From: Ylistrum balloti
Taxonomy: Eukaryota
DNA length: 64,000 nt
Reading direction: 5' to 3'
Assembly: GCF_031769215.1 (NCBI RefSeq)
Contig: NW_026782067.1
Location: 682,001 to 746,000, forward strand
Shown: piece after piece, positions 63,781 through 64,000 of the stretch
How positions within the stretch are numbered: the stretch's first letter is position 1
How the letters are laid out: each line of letters starts with the position of its first letter
Notes under the pieces: model-generated
Told to the model about the DNA's origin: nothing
The model's input: only the letters and a program-made list of their open reading frames with translations
Databases searched by the model: none
Position numbers and translations under genes: made by a program

Positions 63781-64000
63781 CTAAATTATACAAAATGGAA
63801 TTCTCTGGGATGATCTATTTATGTAACATACCCGTACATCTAGAACATCATTAACTTGTCATGGCCTTGGCGAGGGTACTACCAATGAACGCACTAAACA
63901 GAGAAACATACACTGGTGATATGATGTATACATTGAGTTTTGCTGTTTTCTACATTCTTATCGATACTTAACCTTTAGTAAAAACACAAATTCACTTACT

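Overview
AT-rich eukaryotic DNA, probably a bivalve mollusc (inferred from repeat style and mosaic CpG pattern). It contains a complete 10-exon presenilin gene (+, 40895-50661, 515 aa, all splice phases consistent). Tail-to-tail with it lie the last 13 coding exons of a GCPII/NAALADase-family (M28B) peptidase (-, 54898-63780, continuing beyond the window). A weaker candidate minus-strand gene has its first coding exons at 2202-2250 and 1-79, with possible 5' exons about 33 kb upstream at 35.7-36.4 kb. About 20 unrelated minisatellite arrays (25-87 bp units, roughly 14 kb in total) appear to have arisen in place. Several arrays amplify RNA-processing signals of the host genes. Two copy an exon 3' end plus its 5' splice donor about 20 and 14 times. 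One presenilin 3'UTR array carries copies of the U1 snRNA 5'-end sequence, and one peptidase 3'UTR array carries repeated ATTAAA. No rRNA, intact tRNA, CRISPR array or autonomous transposon could be supported.
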